This document shows, piece after piece, positions 35,201 to 49,434 of a DNA stretch of 64,000 bases; the first letter of the stretch is position 1; each line of letters begins with the position of its first letter. Position numbers and translations under genes: made by a program. Source of the stretch: Ascoidea asiatica JCM 7603 (lineage: Eukaryota; Fungi; Ascomycota); the NCBI GenBank assembly GCA_001600695.1, contig BCKQ01000012.1:210807-274806 (forward strand), read 5' to 3'. Below the pieces are notes generated by a model. That model did no database searches. It saw only the letters and a list, made by a program, of their open reading frames with translations, and was not told where the DNA came from.

Positions 35201-36283
35201 TCAGAATCTGCACAATTTTAGTATTCAGTTACTTTCTTACATACTTACATACTTACGTACTCACTTACTTACGTTCCTACGTACCTACGTACAACACCGG
35301 ATTTGTTGTAGCCATCTTCAGTCATTTGCAAATTTTCTCTTCTTTTCTTTTCTTTTTCACTCCAATTTCAATTCACTTTCAATTCATTTTCAATTCTCTT
35401 TCGCTTTGCTTCGTTTTCTCTTCGTTTTCTCATTATCACGATTCGATTCGATCAGATTCGATTCGATCAGATTCGATTAGCCATATTGAAATAGCCACTA
35501 CTACAATACTACTGCAATTAATTACCGCTGTATCTCTTTATTAGTTTATTACTTGCATATTTTCATATTCCTAATAAATATTTCGAAAGTAAACAATAAT
35601 TCTCATCTCTCGAATTACAGAAAATTATATAAACTTTTATATCTGCCTTTTTTATTCATTTTATTTATTTTATTTTTTTTTTTCTTTCTTTCTTTCTTTC
35701 TTTTTTACTATCATTTTTTAAAAGTATATTTTTTGCTATTAATTTTTATATTTATTCAATTTCTTTTAATAATAATTATAATAATATATCAAGAATATAT
35801 ATTATAAAAATTAAAATTAAAAATTTAAAAATTTAAAAATTTAAAAAGACTTATTAATTTAAATTTTTAAAATTTTTAAATTCTAAAGAAATTGTTTTTA
35901 TTTTTTTGTTTATTTAAATATATTAAAATTTATTTCATTTTAATAATTTTATATAATACATTAATTTAATTAATTAATAATTAAATTTCGCAATCGTATA
36001 TTATACTTTTTAAAAATATCACTTTCTATTTATATTAATATATATATATCTCGTTAATTATATATATATAATAATAACAAATAATAATAATATCAAAAAA
36101 TATCAAAATATTAAAATTTCTATAAACATTTATTAACTAATTTCCATTAATATCCATAATATATTCATAATATATTCATAATATATTCATAATATATTCA
36201 TAAATATCTAATATTTAATAATTAATAATTAATAATTAATAATTAATAATTAATAACATAAATAAATAATAAATATATTCAAT

Positions 36284-38980
36284 ATGTCTGAAGAACCAAC
36301 TAAAGAAAAGCTTCCATTAGCTGATGAAGAAGAAGTTGATGATGATATTGATCAATTAATTCATGATTTACAATCTGTTCATGGTTTAAATGGTGGTGAT
36401 GAAGAATCTGTACAAGAAGAAATTGCAGCTGGTGCTGCAAGACCTGTACCTGATGAATATTTACAAACTGATCCTTCAATTGGTTTATCATCTGATGATG
36501 TTACAAAAAGAAGAAAAAAATATGGTTTAAATCAAATGAATGAAGAAAAAGAAAATTTATTAGTTAAATTTTGTATGTTTTTTGTTGGTCCAATTCAATT
36601 TGTTATGGAAGCTGCAGCAATTTTAGCTGCTGGTCTTGAAGATTGGGTTGATTTTGGTGTAATTTGTGCTTTATTATTATTAAATGCTGCTGTTGGTTTT
36701 ATTCAAGAATATCAAGCTGGTTCAATTGTTGATGAATTAAAAAAAACTTTAGCACATTCTGCTTTTGTTATTAGAGATGGTCATTTAGTTGAAATTCCTG
36801 CTAATGAAGTTGTACCTGGTGATATTTTACAATTAGAAGAAGGTACTGTAATTCCTGCTGATGGTAAATTAGTTGGTGATGATGTTTTCTTACAAGTTGA
36901 TCAATCTGCAATTACTGGTGAATCTTTAGCTGTTGATAAAAAATCTGCTGATGCTACTTTTTCTTCTTCAACTGTTAAAAGAGGTGAAGCTTTTATGATT
37001 GTTACTGCAACTGGTGATAATACTTTTGTTGGAAGAGCTGCTGCTTTAGTTTCTGCAGCTTCTGGTGGTACTGGTCATTTTACTGAAGTTTTAAATGGTA
37101 TTGGTACTACTTTATTAGTTTTAGTTATTGCAACTTTATTAGTTGTTTGGACTGCTGGTTTTTATAGAACTAATGGTATTGTAAGAATTTTAAGATATAC
37201 TTTAGCAATTACAATTGTTGGTGTACCTGTTGGTTTACCAGCTGTTGTTACTACAACTATGGCTGTTGGTGCTGCTTATTTAGCTAAAAAACAAGCAATT
37301 GTACAAAAATTATCTGCAATTGAATCTTTAGCAGGTGTTGAAATTTTATGTTCTGATAAAACTGGTACTTTAACTAAAAATAAATTATCTTTATATGAAC
37401 CATATACTGTTGAAGGTGTTTCTGCTGATGAATTAATGTTAACTGCATGTTTAGCAGCTTCAAGAAAAAAGAAAGGTTTAGATGCCATTGATAAAGCTTT
37501 TTTAAAATCTTTAATTAATTATCCAAGAGCAAAAGATGTTTTAACTAAATATAAAGTTTTAGAATTTCATCCATTTGATCCAGTTTCAAAAAAAGTTGTT
37601 GCTTTAGTTGAATCTCCAGAAGGTGAAAGAATTATTTGTGTTAAAGGTGCTCCATTATTTGTTTTAAAAACTGTTGAAGAAGATCATCCAATTCCAGAAG
37701 AAGTTCATGAAAATTATGAAAATAAAGTTGCTGAATTTGCTTCAAGAGGTTTTAGATCTTTAGGTGTTGCAAGAAAAAGAGGTGATCAACCTTGGGAAAT
37801 TATGGGTATTATGCCATGTTTAGATCCTCCAAGAGATGATACTGGAGCAACTGTTGCTGAAGCTCGTCGTTTAGGTTTAAGAGTTAAAATGTTAACTGGT
37901 GATGCTGTTGGTATTGCAAAAGAAACTTGTAGACAATTAGGTTTAGGTACTAATATTTATAATGCTGAAAGATTAGGTATTTCTGGTGGTGGTGATATGC
38001 CAGGTTCTGAAATTGCTGATTTTGTTGAAAATGCTGATGGTTTTGCTGAAGTTTTCCCACAACATAAATATAATGTTGTTGAAATTTTACAAAATAGAGG
38101 TTATTTAGTTGCTATGACTGGTGATGGTGTTAATGATGCTCCTTCATTAAAAAAAGCTGATACTGGTATTGCTGTTGAAGGTGCTTCTGATGCTGCCAGA
38201 TCTGCTGCTGATATTGTTTTCTTAGCTCCAGGTTTATCTGCAATTATTGATGCTTTAAAAACTTCAAGACAAATTTTCCATAGAATGTATGCTTATGTTG
38301 TTTATCGTATTGCTTTATCTTTACATTTAGAAATTTTCTTAGGTTTATGGGTTGCTATTCTTGATAGATCTTTAAATATTGATTTAGTTGTTTTTATTGC
38401 TATTTTTGCAGATGTTGCTACTTTAGCTATTGCTTATGATAATGCTCCTTATGATCCAAAACCAGTTAAATGGAATTTACCAAGATTATGGGGTATGTCA
38501 ATTGTTTTAGGTATAATTTTAGCAATTGGTACTTGGATTTGTTTAACTACCATGTTTTTACCAAAAGGTGGTATGATTCAAAATTTCGGTTCAATTGATG
38601 GTGTTGTTTTCTTACAAATTTCTTTAACTGAAAATTGGTTAATTTTTATTACTCGTGCTGCAGGTCCATTCTGGTCATCTGCTCCATCATGGCAATTAGC
38701 TGGTGCTGTTTTATGTGTTGATATTATTTCAACATGTTTTACATTATTCGGTTGGTGGTCACAAAATTGGACTGATATTGTCACTGTTGTCAGAGTTTGG
38801 GTTTGGTCATTTGGTGTCTTCTGTGTTATGGGAGGTGCTTATGTTATGATGTCTGAATCTGAAGCTTTTGATAGATTTATGAATGGTAAATCACTTAAAG
38901 ATAAACCACCTCAAAGATCAGTTGAAGATTTCCTCGTTGCAATGCAAAGAGTTTCTACTCAACATGAAAAATCTGGTTAG
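36284..38980 (+). CDS. PMA1: Plasma-membrane H+-ATPase (P3A type)
   Basis: [13 protein letters not shown] phosphorylation motif, [24 protein letters not shown]-terminal [16 protein letters not shown] regulatory tail. Confidence 0.99.
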   Translation: MSEEPTKEKLPLADEEEVDDDIDQLIHDLQSVHGLNGGDEESVQEEIAAGAARPVPDEYLQTDPSIGLSSDDVTKRRKKYGLNQMNEEKENLLVKFCMFFVGPIQFVMEAAAILAAGLEDWVDFGVICALLLLNAAVGFIQEYQAGSIVDELKKTLAHSAFVIRDGHLVEIPANEVVPGDILQLEEGTVIPADGKLVGDDVFLQVDQSAITGESLAVDKKSADATFSSSTVKRGEAFMIVTATGDNTFVGRAAALVSAASGGTGHFTEVLNGIGTTLLVLVIATLLVVWTAGFYRTNGIVRILRYTLAITIVGVPVGLPAVVTTTMAVGAAYLAKKQAIVQKLSAIESLAGVEILCSDKTGTLTKNKLSLYEPYTVEGVSADELMLTACLAASRKKKGLDAIDKAFLKSLINYPRAKDVLTKYKVLEFHPFDPVSKKVVALVESPEGERIICVKGAPLFVLKTVEEDHPIPEEVHENYENKVAEFASRGFRSLGVARKRGDQPWEIMGIMPCLDPPRDDTGATVAEARRLGLRVKMLTGDAVGIAKETCRQLGLGTNIYNAERLGISGGGDMPGSEIADFVENADGFAEVFPQHKYNVVEILQNRGYLVAMTGDGVNDAPSLKKADTGIAVEGASDAARSAADIVFLAPGLSAIIDALKTSRQIFHRMYAYVVYRIALSLHLEIFLGLWVAILDRSLNIDLVVFIAIFADVATLAIAYDNAPYDPKPVKWNLPRLWGMSIVLGIILAIGTWICLTTMFLPKGGMIQNFGSIDGVVFLQISLTENWLIFITRAAGPFWSSAPSWQLAGAVLCVDIISTCFTLFGWWSQNWTDIVTVVRVWVWSFGVFCVMGGAYVMMSESEAFDRFMNGKSLKDKPPQRSVEDFLVAMQRVSTQHEKSG

Positions 38981-39718
38981 ATTTTTTCATGATAATCTCC
39001 TGAATTTGACTTTGTGTGCTCATCTTTTAATATAAAATTTTGTTTTTAATTATTTTAATTTTTTATTTTATTTAAAGTCAAAAGTTTTTATTATTGATTG
39101 ATTGCAGCTCTTATGGTTTTATTTACTTCATATTTTTGTTTGATTTTTATCCGTTTTTTTTTTCACCCTTAAAATTACCCAATTATTAAATGATTTCATT
39201 AATATTAATATCATTCTCGAAATTAATTTTTTAATTCTAATTCTCTCTTTAAATAGTCAATAATACTTAATAGATATTTTATATTCCATTGGAAAACTAC
39301 TGTATTTTTAAACTCGATTTAGATATTCAATTAATTTAAGTTCAATTGATTGTTTCTTTTACAACTGCTTCAATCAAAATTACATTTTTTTTTTTTTTTA
39401 AAAGTAAAAATATTATTACATTACATACAAACAAGAATTATATAAAAAAAGAAATAAGAAAAACATAAATGAAAGATAAATGAAATAACGTTTTGAATCG
39501 ACATAATCGAGCAGCAAATTTTTTTCTTTTTCTTTTCGTTTCTTTTTTTTTTTTTTTTTTTGTTTTTCCTTTCAAAGATAAAGATAAAGATAAAAATGAA
39601 GATAAAAATGAAGATAAAAATGAAGATACAAATAAAGATAAAGATAAAATAAAGATAAAAACTTGATAGTGAAAATTGATTAGCAAAAATTAGATAAATT
39701 AAATGAAAAATCATTAAA

Positions 39719-39941
39719 TCATCTTGAATATGGATGAAAACCTCCACGTCTTCCATAAACACCTCTACCTCTATGATTTGTAGAACTTTTACCAGATCTT
39801 GGACCTCTTGGAGCATTTGGAGGTGGAGATTTTGTTCTTTTACTTGAAGATCTTTCATTTCTTCTTTCACTTCGAACACCAATTGCAGAAGAATTGGAGG
39901 TTGAAATTGAATTTGTAAAAGAAGATGTAGAATTATTATTA

Positions 39942-39979
<38 letters not shown>

Positions 39980-40444
39980 ATTTCCATCACCTAATCTAAT
40001 TGGTTGTTGTTGTCCAATATTATTATGAGGATCAGAATTAATTAAATTATTATTTTTATTATCTAAATTTTTACTATAATTATTATTTAAATTATTTAAA
40101 TTATTATTTAAATTAGTATTTAATAAATTAGAACCAGAATTTGTAGAATTTGTATTATTAATATTATTATTTGGATTATTTAATTGTTGTTGTTGTTGTT
40201 GTTGCATTTGTTGTAACATCCAATATTGCATTCTTTGCCAATATTGTTGTAACATTTCTGGAGACATACCATAAGATTGAGCAGCCATTTGTTGTTGAGT
40301 TATTGGATTCATACCAATTGAACTTGCCATTTGATTAAATTGATTTAATTGTAATTGAGAAATTGGAGAATTATTTGAATTTAAATTATCATTATTTGAA
40401 TTTGAATCTAATTGTAAATTTTGATTATTATTAATATTATTACG

Positions 40445-40476
<32 letters not shown>

Positions 40477-41815
40477 GATTATTATTATTATTACTATTAT
40501 TTAATTGAGATTGTAATTGATGTTGTTGTTGTTGTTGAGCTAAAGATAAAGCAGTATTAACATTAAAACCTTTATTATTTCTTGCTTCTGCTCTTTTAAT
40601 TTCCATTTGTCTACCTTTTAATTCTAAAAATTTATTTTGACAAACTTTATCAACAGCATCAGGAGAATCAAAAGTTACAAAACCAAAACCTCTTGATCTT
40701 CTTGTATCTTTATCAATCATTAATTGAGCATCAATAACATTACCAAATTGAGAAAAAAAAAAATCAAATTCATTTTGATTAACTTCAGGAGCAATACCAC
40801 CAACAAAAATTTTACCAGTTTTATCTTGATCTTCTCTTGGTATTGCACGTTTTGGATCAATAACTTTACCATCTAAGATATGTTGTTTTTTTAAAACTTT
40901 ATCAACAGAAATATTTTCTTTAAAAGTTAAAAAACCAAAACCTCTTGATCTACCAGAAGTTGAATCTCTCATTATGGTATGATCAATAACTTCACCATAT
41001 TGAGAAAAATAATTTTTTAATTTATCTTCATCAGTATCCCAATTTAAACCACCAATAAACATTTTACCTTGATCTTTATTAAAAAGATTTGAATCATTTG
41101 AATTACTACTTGAAGTATTTGTATTATTGTTATTATTGTTATTGTTATTGTTATTGTTTATACTATTATTAATTGCATCAAAAGTATTCATACCATTCAT
41201 ATTCATATTATTTATATTGTTCATATTATTCATGCCATTTAAGTTATTCAAGTTATTTAAATTATTTAAATTATTTAAATTATTTATATTATTTAAGTTA
41301 TTCATATTATTGAAATTATTTAAATTATTTACATTATTTAAGTTATTTAAATTATCTAAATTATTTAAGTTTTTATTATCATCATTATTATTATTATTAT
41401 TATTATCAATGTTATTATTAGTTATAGAATCAATTGAATTAAGTTGATTATTAATTGAATCTTTATTTTCAATTTCATTTCCATTGTTATTATTATCTTT
41501 TTCATTATTAATAACCTTATTATCTTTGTCATTATCATTATCATTATCATTATCATTATCATTCTTTATATCATTTTGATTATTATCTTTTGTATCTTGT
41601 GTGAATTGAATATCTTTTAAATCTTTTGAATCTTTTGAATCTTTTAAATCTTTTGAATCTTTAATATCTTTAATATCGTTTGTATTATTAGTATCTTTTA
41701 TATTATCATTATTGAGTAAATTATCCTTTGATTCATCTTTTGATGATTTTTCATTATCAGAATCATCATAAATATCTAAGAATAATTCCTCCTCATCGGG
41801 TTGATCAGTTGACAT
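39719..41815 (-). CDS. HRP1: Hrp1/Nab4, cleavage factor IB (two RRMs)
   Basis: GKMFIGGLNWDT, RSRGFGFLTF, HILDGKVIDPKRAIPR, KTGKIFVGGI, MLQQYWQRMQ, C-terminal PY-NLS RRGGFHPYSR. Confidence 0.94.
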
Positions 41816-41891
41816 TTTGAATAATTATATAATATTATATAATATTACTAGTTATAAATATAAGATTAAGAATATAAATAAGAGTATATTA

Positions 41892-41922
<31 letters not shown>

Positions 41923-42436
41923 ATAATATTTATGAATATATTTTATACTGTATATAATTATAAATTTCAAATTTAAAAGTTATAAAATATATAAATATGT
42001 AAAATATATATATATAATTATATAAATATATGAAATTAAATCGATTTTTATATGTTTTAAAATAATAATATTTTATATATAAACTGAATAGTTTCTTTAT
42101 TATTGATATATTATTATAAATATTATATTGATTAATGTAATATTTCACTGTCTTCTTTATTTATTCTTTATTCTTTATTCTTTATTCTTTATTCTTTATT
42201 TTATACTGGAATAACTGTTAAGATAATAAGTAATAAATAATACTGGTGTTGGACTTAGAACTGGAGCTTGAATTGGAATATTTTCATAGCAGCGGTGGAA
42301 ATGAATGAAAGTATTCGTAATATTGGCATTAGTATTGTTAGTGTTGTACTGTAGTACTGTAGTACTGTAGTACTGTAGTGTTGTTGGTGTTGTTGGTGTG
42401 AGTACGAGTTTCAGTGTTGAAGAAGGGAGACAAGAA

Positions 42437-42619
42437 CACGTGAGTCAATAGTCAGGTGACATTTGAGTCACATGATTTGAATGATCACATGACAAACTAT
42501 TTAGGACAACAATTACAGTGCAACTACCTTTAGAACTCAGGACGTTGTCCCTGCTGAGTCAGTTGTGTGTCAGCTCTCCTTTTTTCCGCTGCTGCACCGC
42601 CGTGGCAGTGTGTCACGTG
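42437..42619. promoter_or_regulatory. Cluster of Gcn4/AP-1 sites and E-boxes in the HRP1/ESL divergent promoter
   Basis: TGAGTCA at 42441, 42464 and 42555; CACGTG at 42437 and 42614; TCACATGA at 42468 and 42485. Confidence 0.65.
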
Positions 42620-43167
42620 CCGATTTTACTTTGCTCTGTTTCACTCCCACAGCTTTAAAAGCAAGGCCTTTGAATCTTGAGAATCTTCCGCTTTTTTAAT
42701 AAGAGAAAAGGATTGCAGTGGAATAATTCTCACTCCATCACTGAATATTGATATTAATATCATTATCATTATTAACAAACTACTCAATTAATCAATAGCT
42801 AATATCAAATAAATAGTAATATTCTGTATATATGAAAATATATTGTATTATTATATTATATTATAATATTATAATATTATAATATATCAATATATCAATA
42901 TATCAATATATTAATTGCATTAGAATCATAGTCATATTCTACTTGTAGAAATAATATTAAGAATAAGAATAAGAATAAGAATAACAATATCAATAACAAT
43001 AAGAAAAATCATTAGCTATTTCTCCATTCCATTGCATTTACTTATCATCTTTTACTTCTTAAACAAGCTATTATAATTAATCATTATATATTATTAAATA
43101 TTATTATTGTATTCATTCATTATTCTTTATATTATAATTTTTTTAAATTTATTCATATTTTATAAAA

Positions 43168-43782
43168 ATGAATCCTTCAATTAATCAACAACCGATTCAA
43201 CAACCAATTCAATTTCAAAATAATCAAAATAATCAAATTTCAATTCAATCTTCAAATACAAATAATTCAACCGCCAATACAAATATAAATATAAATCAAC
43301 AATTTCAACAAAATCAACAATTTCAATCAAATCAACAAAATCAACAAAATCAACCTCCAAATTCTTCATCTTCAACATCTAATAATAACAATAATAACAA
43401 TAATAACAATAATAATAATACTTTTTTCCCATTTAATGGAATCTTAGCAGATAATTTACAACAATCTTATCAAAAAATTTTAGAATTAGAAAAAAAAAAT
43501 CAAGATTTAAATTTAATTATTAATAAACAAATTTCAAATATAATTAAATTAAATAATTTAAATATAAATAATGAAAATTTTAATTATTTAAAAAATATCA
43601 ATAATTTACAAAATTCTCCAAATAATCAATCAATTCATTCAAATTTATCAAATACTTATTTTTATAATTTAAAATTATTAGATTCTTATTATGATTTTAT
43701 AAAATATTGTCTTAGAGGTAATTCAATTACAAATTCCACCACCACCACCACCACTACTACAACCACTTCCACTCCGAATGTA

Positions 43783-43828
<46 letters not shown>

Positions 43829-43998
43829 TTGAAAATTTAAAAAATTTAATGGCTATAAATTCTGGTTATCAAATTCTTCAAATTTATAAAATTTCAAGAA
43901 GATTATGGATTTATGGTATAATTAATTTCCTAGAAATTATAAAAAATATTTTATCTTTACCATATATTTCAAATAATTCTAATTCTATCACCACCACC

Positions 43999-44056
<58 letters not shown>

Positions 44057-47000
44057 TTATAATATTTAATCCATTAACAAATAAAAATTTACCAATAAAT
44101 TCAATTGGTAATGAAATTGAAAGTGAAATTTGTATAGATTTCATATCTTATTGTTTTAATTTATTATCAATTTTAGTTGATTTAAATAATAATTTATCTC
44201 TTGAATTATCTACTTTTTTAAATTCAAATAATAATAATAATAAAAATGAAATATCTGATTTATTATCAATTTATAATAATAATCTAATAAATCAATCTCA
44301 ATCTCAATCTAAATCTCAATCTCAATCTCAATCTCAATCTCAAAATTCTGGAAAATTAAATATAAATAATACAAATAATAATAATAATATTGAAGATATT
44401 GATATAAATATAAATATTCAAACTTTAAATATTATAATTGAATTTAAAAATTGGTGGTTAGAAAAAATTGCTGATTTAAGTAGAATGTCAATTGCTTTAT
44501 ATCCTTCTTCATATATTGAATGGAGATTAACTTCAGAATATTGGTATATTCAAACAATTTCAAGAACTTTTGGTCATGGTAAAATTTATTATCATCTTGC
44601 AACTGTTCAACAACCAACTAATTATAACAACAATAACAACAATAACAATAATTCCAATAATAATAATATTATTAATATTAATAACAATAATTCCAATAAT
44701 AACTCTAATAATAATTCATTAATTGCAAATACAAATAATTTATTTGATCCTTCAAAAGTTAATCCTCAATATAATAATAATTTAAATAATAATAATTTAA
44801 ATAATAATAATATTAACAATAATTCTATAAATCATAAATCTTTAAATTTAAATTTAGAAAGTTTAGTAAATTTAGGTAAATCAGTTTTTGTTAAAGATTG
44901 TTTTGTACCAACTGGTCAATATTTAAGAATGGTACTTGATAATATTTTTAATCATTCAAAAATTTCAATTCCAATTTCAAATTTATCTCAATTATCAAAT
45001 TCAATTATTAATCAAAATCAAAATCAAATTCAAATTAATAATTTAAATTTAAATAATAATTTCACAACTATTAATAATTCAAATGATATTATAAATTGGG
45101 AACTTATAATTCTTGATTATATTAAAATTAATAAAATTTTATTAGTAAATAATTTTGATTCAAATGAAAATTTAGTTTCCATAGTTTCTAAATTCTCTTC
45201 AAATTTTGGTTCAATTGATTTATCCCCAATTTCAAATTCTTCTCATCATACAAATAATTCAATTAATAGTTTAAGTCATATAAATAATTTTGATAATATT
45301 GTTAATAATTTTAAACATAATAATAATACAACTACTAATTCTTCAACACCAAATACAAAAACAAATAGTAATAGTAACAATAATAATAATAATACTTCAA
45401 ATTCAAATAAAAATTCAAATAATCAAAATGTTTTTAGAATTTTTAATCCTGAAAATAATAATGATATAAATAATAATAATAATCAAAATCAAAATCAAAG
45501 TAATACTAATAATGCTTTTAATTTTTCAAATAATACTTCTCCTTCAAATTCAAATATTCCAATTAATTCAAATTCGAGTAATTTAATTACAACTAAAATT
45601 TCATTTTTTGATAGAAATATTGGTAATAATTCTTCAATTTTAATTACAAATCCATCTTATGAATTATTAAATTTTTGGTTTAATAAAAGTGGTAATTTAG
45701 CTTTAATTAATATTTGGCAAGTTGTTGGTTTTGGTGTTTTAAATTTTAAAAGTTTATTTAGTATTTTATTTGAATTACCAATTGCTTTAAAAGATAGAAA
45801 AGAAAGAAAAGATAATAAAAAAAATAGAAAATTATTACAACAAAAACAATCTCAATCTCAACATGACGAAAATAATAATAATAATAATAGTACTAATAAT
45901 AATAAAGATTTTGAAAATTCTTTTACAACTTCAAATAATAATATAAATAATGATTATTCTTCGGCAAATACAAAATCTTTACAAGATGATACATATCCAA
46001 TTGCTTCTCAATTATCTGATTTAAAATGGTATGAATCTTTACAATTTATAAATAAATCTTCAATTGAATTATCTTTTACAATGTTAAAAAAATTTTTAAA
46101 TGGTCCTTATAAATCTGTTTCAACTCCTCATATTATTGTTTGGTTATATTTTTTAATTTCAATTGGTAAAGCTTTAGAAAAATATCCAAAAGCAGAACCA
46201 ATTTTATTAGGTATTATTTTAAGAAGATTTTTTCCATGGAATAGTTTAATAAATTATTTAAATTATTGGGTTAATGAAATCAGAGAAAATTTTGATTTTG
46301 ATATTTTATCTTTAGGTTTTAAATTAAATGATTTATTAAAAACTGAAGGTAATTTAACTGATGATATTATAAATTTAAATTTAAATAAAGAAGAAAAAGA
46401 ATTATTAGTTCAAGAAAATTTAATTGATAGAATTAAAGAATTATTTAATTTAGGTGAAGATAATTATTTAAAATATTTTAATGAGAATGAATCTTTAATT
46501 GAAGTTTGGAAATGTTGGGGTTCATTATGGTATAATTTTATTGATGAAAAAAAAAATTATTTAACAGTTGAATTATCTGGTTGGAAAGGTAAAAATTTTG
46601 TTGCAGATTATTCTTTAGATGGTGAAAAATTATATCAAGGTAATAATAAAATTAGTGAAGGACTTGGAGGTTCAAGTAATAGTAAAGAAAATATTCAAAG
46701 AACAAATAATACAAATAATAATTATTTTAGAAATTTATTTAGTGAAGATGAATTTGGTGATAGAACTAATAATAAATTATCTTTAGCTTTAGCAAAATTA
46801 CAAATGATGTTAGAATATATTAATAGACATAAAATTGATCCAACAAAAAATTCAGAGAATGGTGATAATACAACAAATAATAGTGGTTCAGCAGGTATTG
46901 GAAATTTTTCTGGTAGAACACCTTTTAATAAATTAGAAAAAGAAAGAATTTTAAGAATAATATTATTAGGAATTTATATTGAAAGAAAATTTTCAAGATT

Positions 47001-47931
47001 TGGATTAAAATTAACAAATAGAGGATTTACATATGATCATCAAGCTGCAAATATGGCAGCAAGTAGTAGAAATAATTCAACAAATAATTCAGCAACAGCT
47101 TCAGCAGCTTCAGCAGCTTCAGCAGTTTCTGGAGTATCTGGAGTATCAACATCTTCTAATACTAATGAAGATGATGTTAAAAGAAATACATTAATATTTG
47201 AATTTGTTACAAATAATAGAATAACACATTTACAAGAAGAAATTTCAATTGAAAATACATATAAAAAACAAGATAATTTAAAATTTGATATTGATATATT
47301 TTTTATGTCAAAACAAAATTTTGATTATCATGTTGAACAAGTTAGATTACAACAACTTAAATTTGTAAAAAGTTTCAATATGAACATTAATAATAATAAT
47401 AAAAATATCATTAATAATGAAGAAAGTATATCACCATTTGTTACAAGTGAACTTGATACAGATATGCAATCACAATATGGAATTGAAGGAGTTTCAGAAA
47501 CTGATTTAGAAATTATGGAAGATAATGAAAGTTATTTGAATTATTCTAATAATAACAACAATAATAATAATACTAATAATAATATGAAAATAGGTAATAT
47601 AAATAGTATTAATAGTTTTGAAGAAAATAATGAAAAATTAATGAGTGATAAAAATGTTGGAGTACCAGAAATAAATGAAATTATGAATAGATTACAAAAG
47701 CCAATAATTGCAGGATTTCGAGGAAATATAAGTGGAGATGTTGATACTTCAATAACATTTATAACCTTTGATACAAATTGTTGGTTAAAGAATTGTGGTA
47801 AGATATATAAAATTTTTAAAAGTTGTACATTAAATGAAAGTAATGAAAATTATAAATATTATGAAATTTTAAATGAAAATAATAATAATAAAAGTATAAA
47901 TTTAAATTTTAATAATAATAGAAATAATAGG

Positions 47932-47963
<32 letters not shown>

Positions 47964-49380
47964 TAGAAATAAAAATGGTAAAAATAAAAAAAATAATGGT
48001 GGTAATATTATTAATAATAATAATTATAGTTATAATAATTTTAAGAAACGTAAATTAAAATTAAAAATTTGTTTACCATTAGTTGTTTATCAAGAATTAA
48101 GAGGTTTAAGAAAATCTCAAGATGGATATATATCAGATGCTGCAACAAGATGTGTAATTACAGTAAAATGTTTAATTGAAGAAAATGAAATTTATATGAA
48201 TAAACATTTTTTTCATCATGATGATGAAGAATATTTTGATAATAATGGAGAATATATGAATATGGATGAAAGAGTTTTATTAATGTTATTAAAAGTTGAT
48301 GGTACAAGAGCAAAACAATTAAATGAAAATCAAGAAAATAATATTGATAATCCAATAGGTAGTAATATAAATAGTAATAATAATGTTAGTGGTAATATTG
48401 GAAATATTGGAAATATGAATAATATGAATAATATGAATAATATGAATAATATGAATAATATGAATAATATAAATAATATGAATAATATGAATAATATAAA
48501 TAATATTGGAAATCCAGTTGGAATTAATAATTATTCAACATATACAAGACCAATTGATGATTTAATTTTAAGTGGATTATTAAAAAGTAATGATATTATT
48601 AGAAAATTTTATTTTAAGAAATATGAAGAAATGACAGGATTATCACCAATGAATACAAGTAGAGGTAGTGCAGTTTTTAAAGTTGTTTCAGATTATCAAG
48701 AATATTATAAAAATGAAGAAGAATTAGAAGATGAAGAACTTGAAGAAGATGATGATGGAGAAGTTGACTTGGAGGATGAAAATGAAGATGATGATGGAGA
48801 AGAAGACGATGACGAAGAAGAAGATGAATATGATGAAGAAGATGAGGATGATGAAGAAGATGAAGATGACGAGGATGAAGATGAAGAAGACCAAGATCAA
48901 GATCAAGAAGATGATGAACAAGAAGAAGAAGATCAAGTTCAATTACAATTACAAGAAAATTATGAAGGTAATAATGATAAAGAGAATAAGAATAAAATGA
49001 ATAATCTTAATATAATTGATAATACTAAATCAATTATGAATTCAGTTAATAAGAGTAATAATAAGAAATTTAAGAAGAAGAGTAAAAGTAATTCTAAGAG
49101 AAATAGAGCTAGAAATATGAATGAAAATGAAAATGAAAATGAAAATGAAAATGAAAATGAGAATGAAAATGAGAATGAGAATAATAAGAATCAAGAAAGA
49201 GATGATGATGCAAGATATTTTTCATTACAAGATATTAATAATTTTAAATTTAATATATTAATTTCAGATGATAGAAATTTAAGATTAAGAACAAGAGCAT
49301 TAGGTATGAATGCATATCAAAGTAAATGGTTATTTTATAATTTAGAAAAAACAAATTTAGAAAGTCATTGTATTGATTAA
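43168..49380 (+). CDS. ESL1: Esl1/Esl2-like (EST1/SMG5/6-like) protein with C-terminal PIN domain
   Basis: YKISRRLWIYGII.FL, WWLEKIADLSRMSIALYP, FGHGKIYYH, LVNLGKSVF..D.FVPT.QY, FPWNSL, EVWKCWGSLW; PIN motifs FDTNCWL, VYQELRGLRK, AATR, IDDLIL, LISDDRNLRLR. Confidence 0.88.
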
Positions 49381-49433
49381 GATTAATATAATTATATTAA
49401 TTCATATCATTTATTTATTTACTAATTTACTAG

Positions 49434-49434
49434 T

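Noticed and set aside
34832-35807. Six overlapping short ORFs upstream of PMA1
   Set aside because: They overlap in several frames on both strands, have codon usage unlike the real genes and show no motifs; by-product of the GC island and T-rich leader.
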